A DNA stretch of 63,438 nt from Paraspadella gotoi (Eukaryota; Animalia; Chaetognatha): contig CM119263.1 in the NCBI GenBank assembly GCA_051294375.1, positions 15,354,532 through 15,417,969 on the forward strand, read 5' to 3'. Numbering within the stretch: the first letter of the stretch is position 1; each line of letters starts with the position of its first letter. The notes under the pieces were generated by a model that saw only the letters and a list, made by a program, of their open reading frames with translations, did no database searches and had not been told where the DNA came from. A program made the position numbers and the translations under genes. Below, piece by piece: positions 62,735-63,438 of the stretch.

Positions 62735-63438
62735 GGAGAGAGAAGAGATCGATATATATATAATATTTCTACAGTGCGTGGGCTCATTCTTTATATGCTT
62801 GAGAGAGAGATATATATATATTATATTCTCTACAGGTTGCGCTCATCCTTTATATGTTGAAACCGAGGATTGGGAGATACGTTCCAACAATACAGAGGCA
62901 GGGAGTTTTAATATTTAGCAACTTGTAGTTTTACGAAAATGGCCAAGTGTTTAGTGCGAACGCCGCGCGGGACCATAAAAGGGGAACGAGAGCCGGCTTT
63001 GAGAATGTCATTTTAGATACATGAGGGTTAGTGGAGTGGGGTGCAAGAGGATCGCGTGTGCGGATTCATCAGATTTGTGCCGTGATTTTGTAGGCCATAA
63101 GTGAATTTCATAGTGACCGTTAAGGAAATTCAATAACGTCCATCATAAGTTTTGAAGCCATTCTTGTTTGAAACACTGAGGTTTCCTTTCGTCCCTGGTT
63201 TCGATTCCGCATTTAGTCCCTGTGGTCTGAGAAAAGGGTAAGGATAAACTCACCTTGGTTCATAAGCGGGATTCCATGGGAATTTCGTGGCCCCCATCCG
63301 GGGCAAATCCCTCGGACGGACTGAAATGCCAAGACCCAGTTGCGTGCAGATTTGGGGATCCTTCGTCCTGGAGATTGGTGACGAGATGTGATTATGAGTG
63401 AAGGTAAGGTTGGGTAAGGGAGAATGGAGGTGAGTCAG

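Noticed and set aside
63130-63320. Possible minus-strand exons near the window end, and a B-box-like GGTTTCGATTCC
   Set aside because: The exons would need a 27-nt intron and show no recognisable homology; no tRNA cloverleaf can be drawn.

Overview
Eukaryotic genomic DNA, most likely from a metazoan invertebrate, rich in (GA)n, (ACG)n and (AAT)n microsatellites. The assembly is noisy: it has seven N-gaps (four of exactly 25 N) and kb-scale direct and inverted duplicates that differ mainly by dense small indels, so most are probably gap-fill or chimera artefacts. Nearly all ORFs in the supplied track are low-complexity noise. Splicing by eye reconstructs a 9-exon, ~340-aa multi-pass membrane protein of the TMEM121/CECR6 family on the + strand (3667-37436). 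Its GT-AG phases are consistent once one probable 1-base sequencing error is corrected. Tentative exons of an unidentified antisense gene are interleaved with its 5' part. The most interesting element is a ~740-bp non-coding miniature LTR retrotransposon (TRIM-like, 30546-31282; noisy duplicate 24182-24999). It has ~255-bp TG..TA LTRs, a CTTC target-site duplication, an unusually long tRNA-Trp-like primer-binding region and hairpin-rich LTRs. The LTR middle resembles the internal control region of 5S rRNA, reminiscent of plant Cassandra TRIMs but antisense; this similarity was judged by eye only. A related 148-bp solo LTR with its own CGAT TSD (42853-43000) shares both LTR ends but has a different middle.
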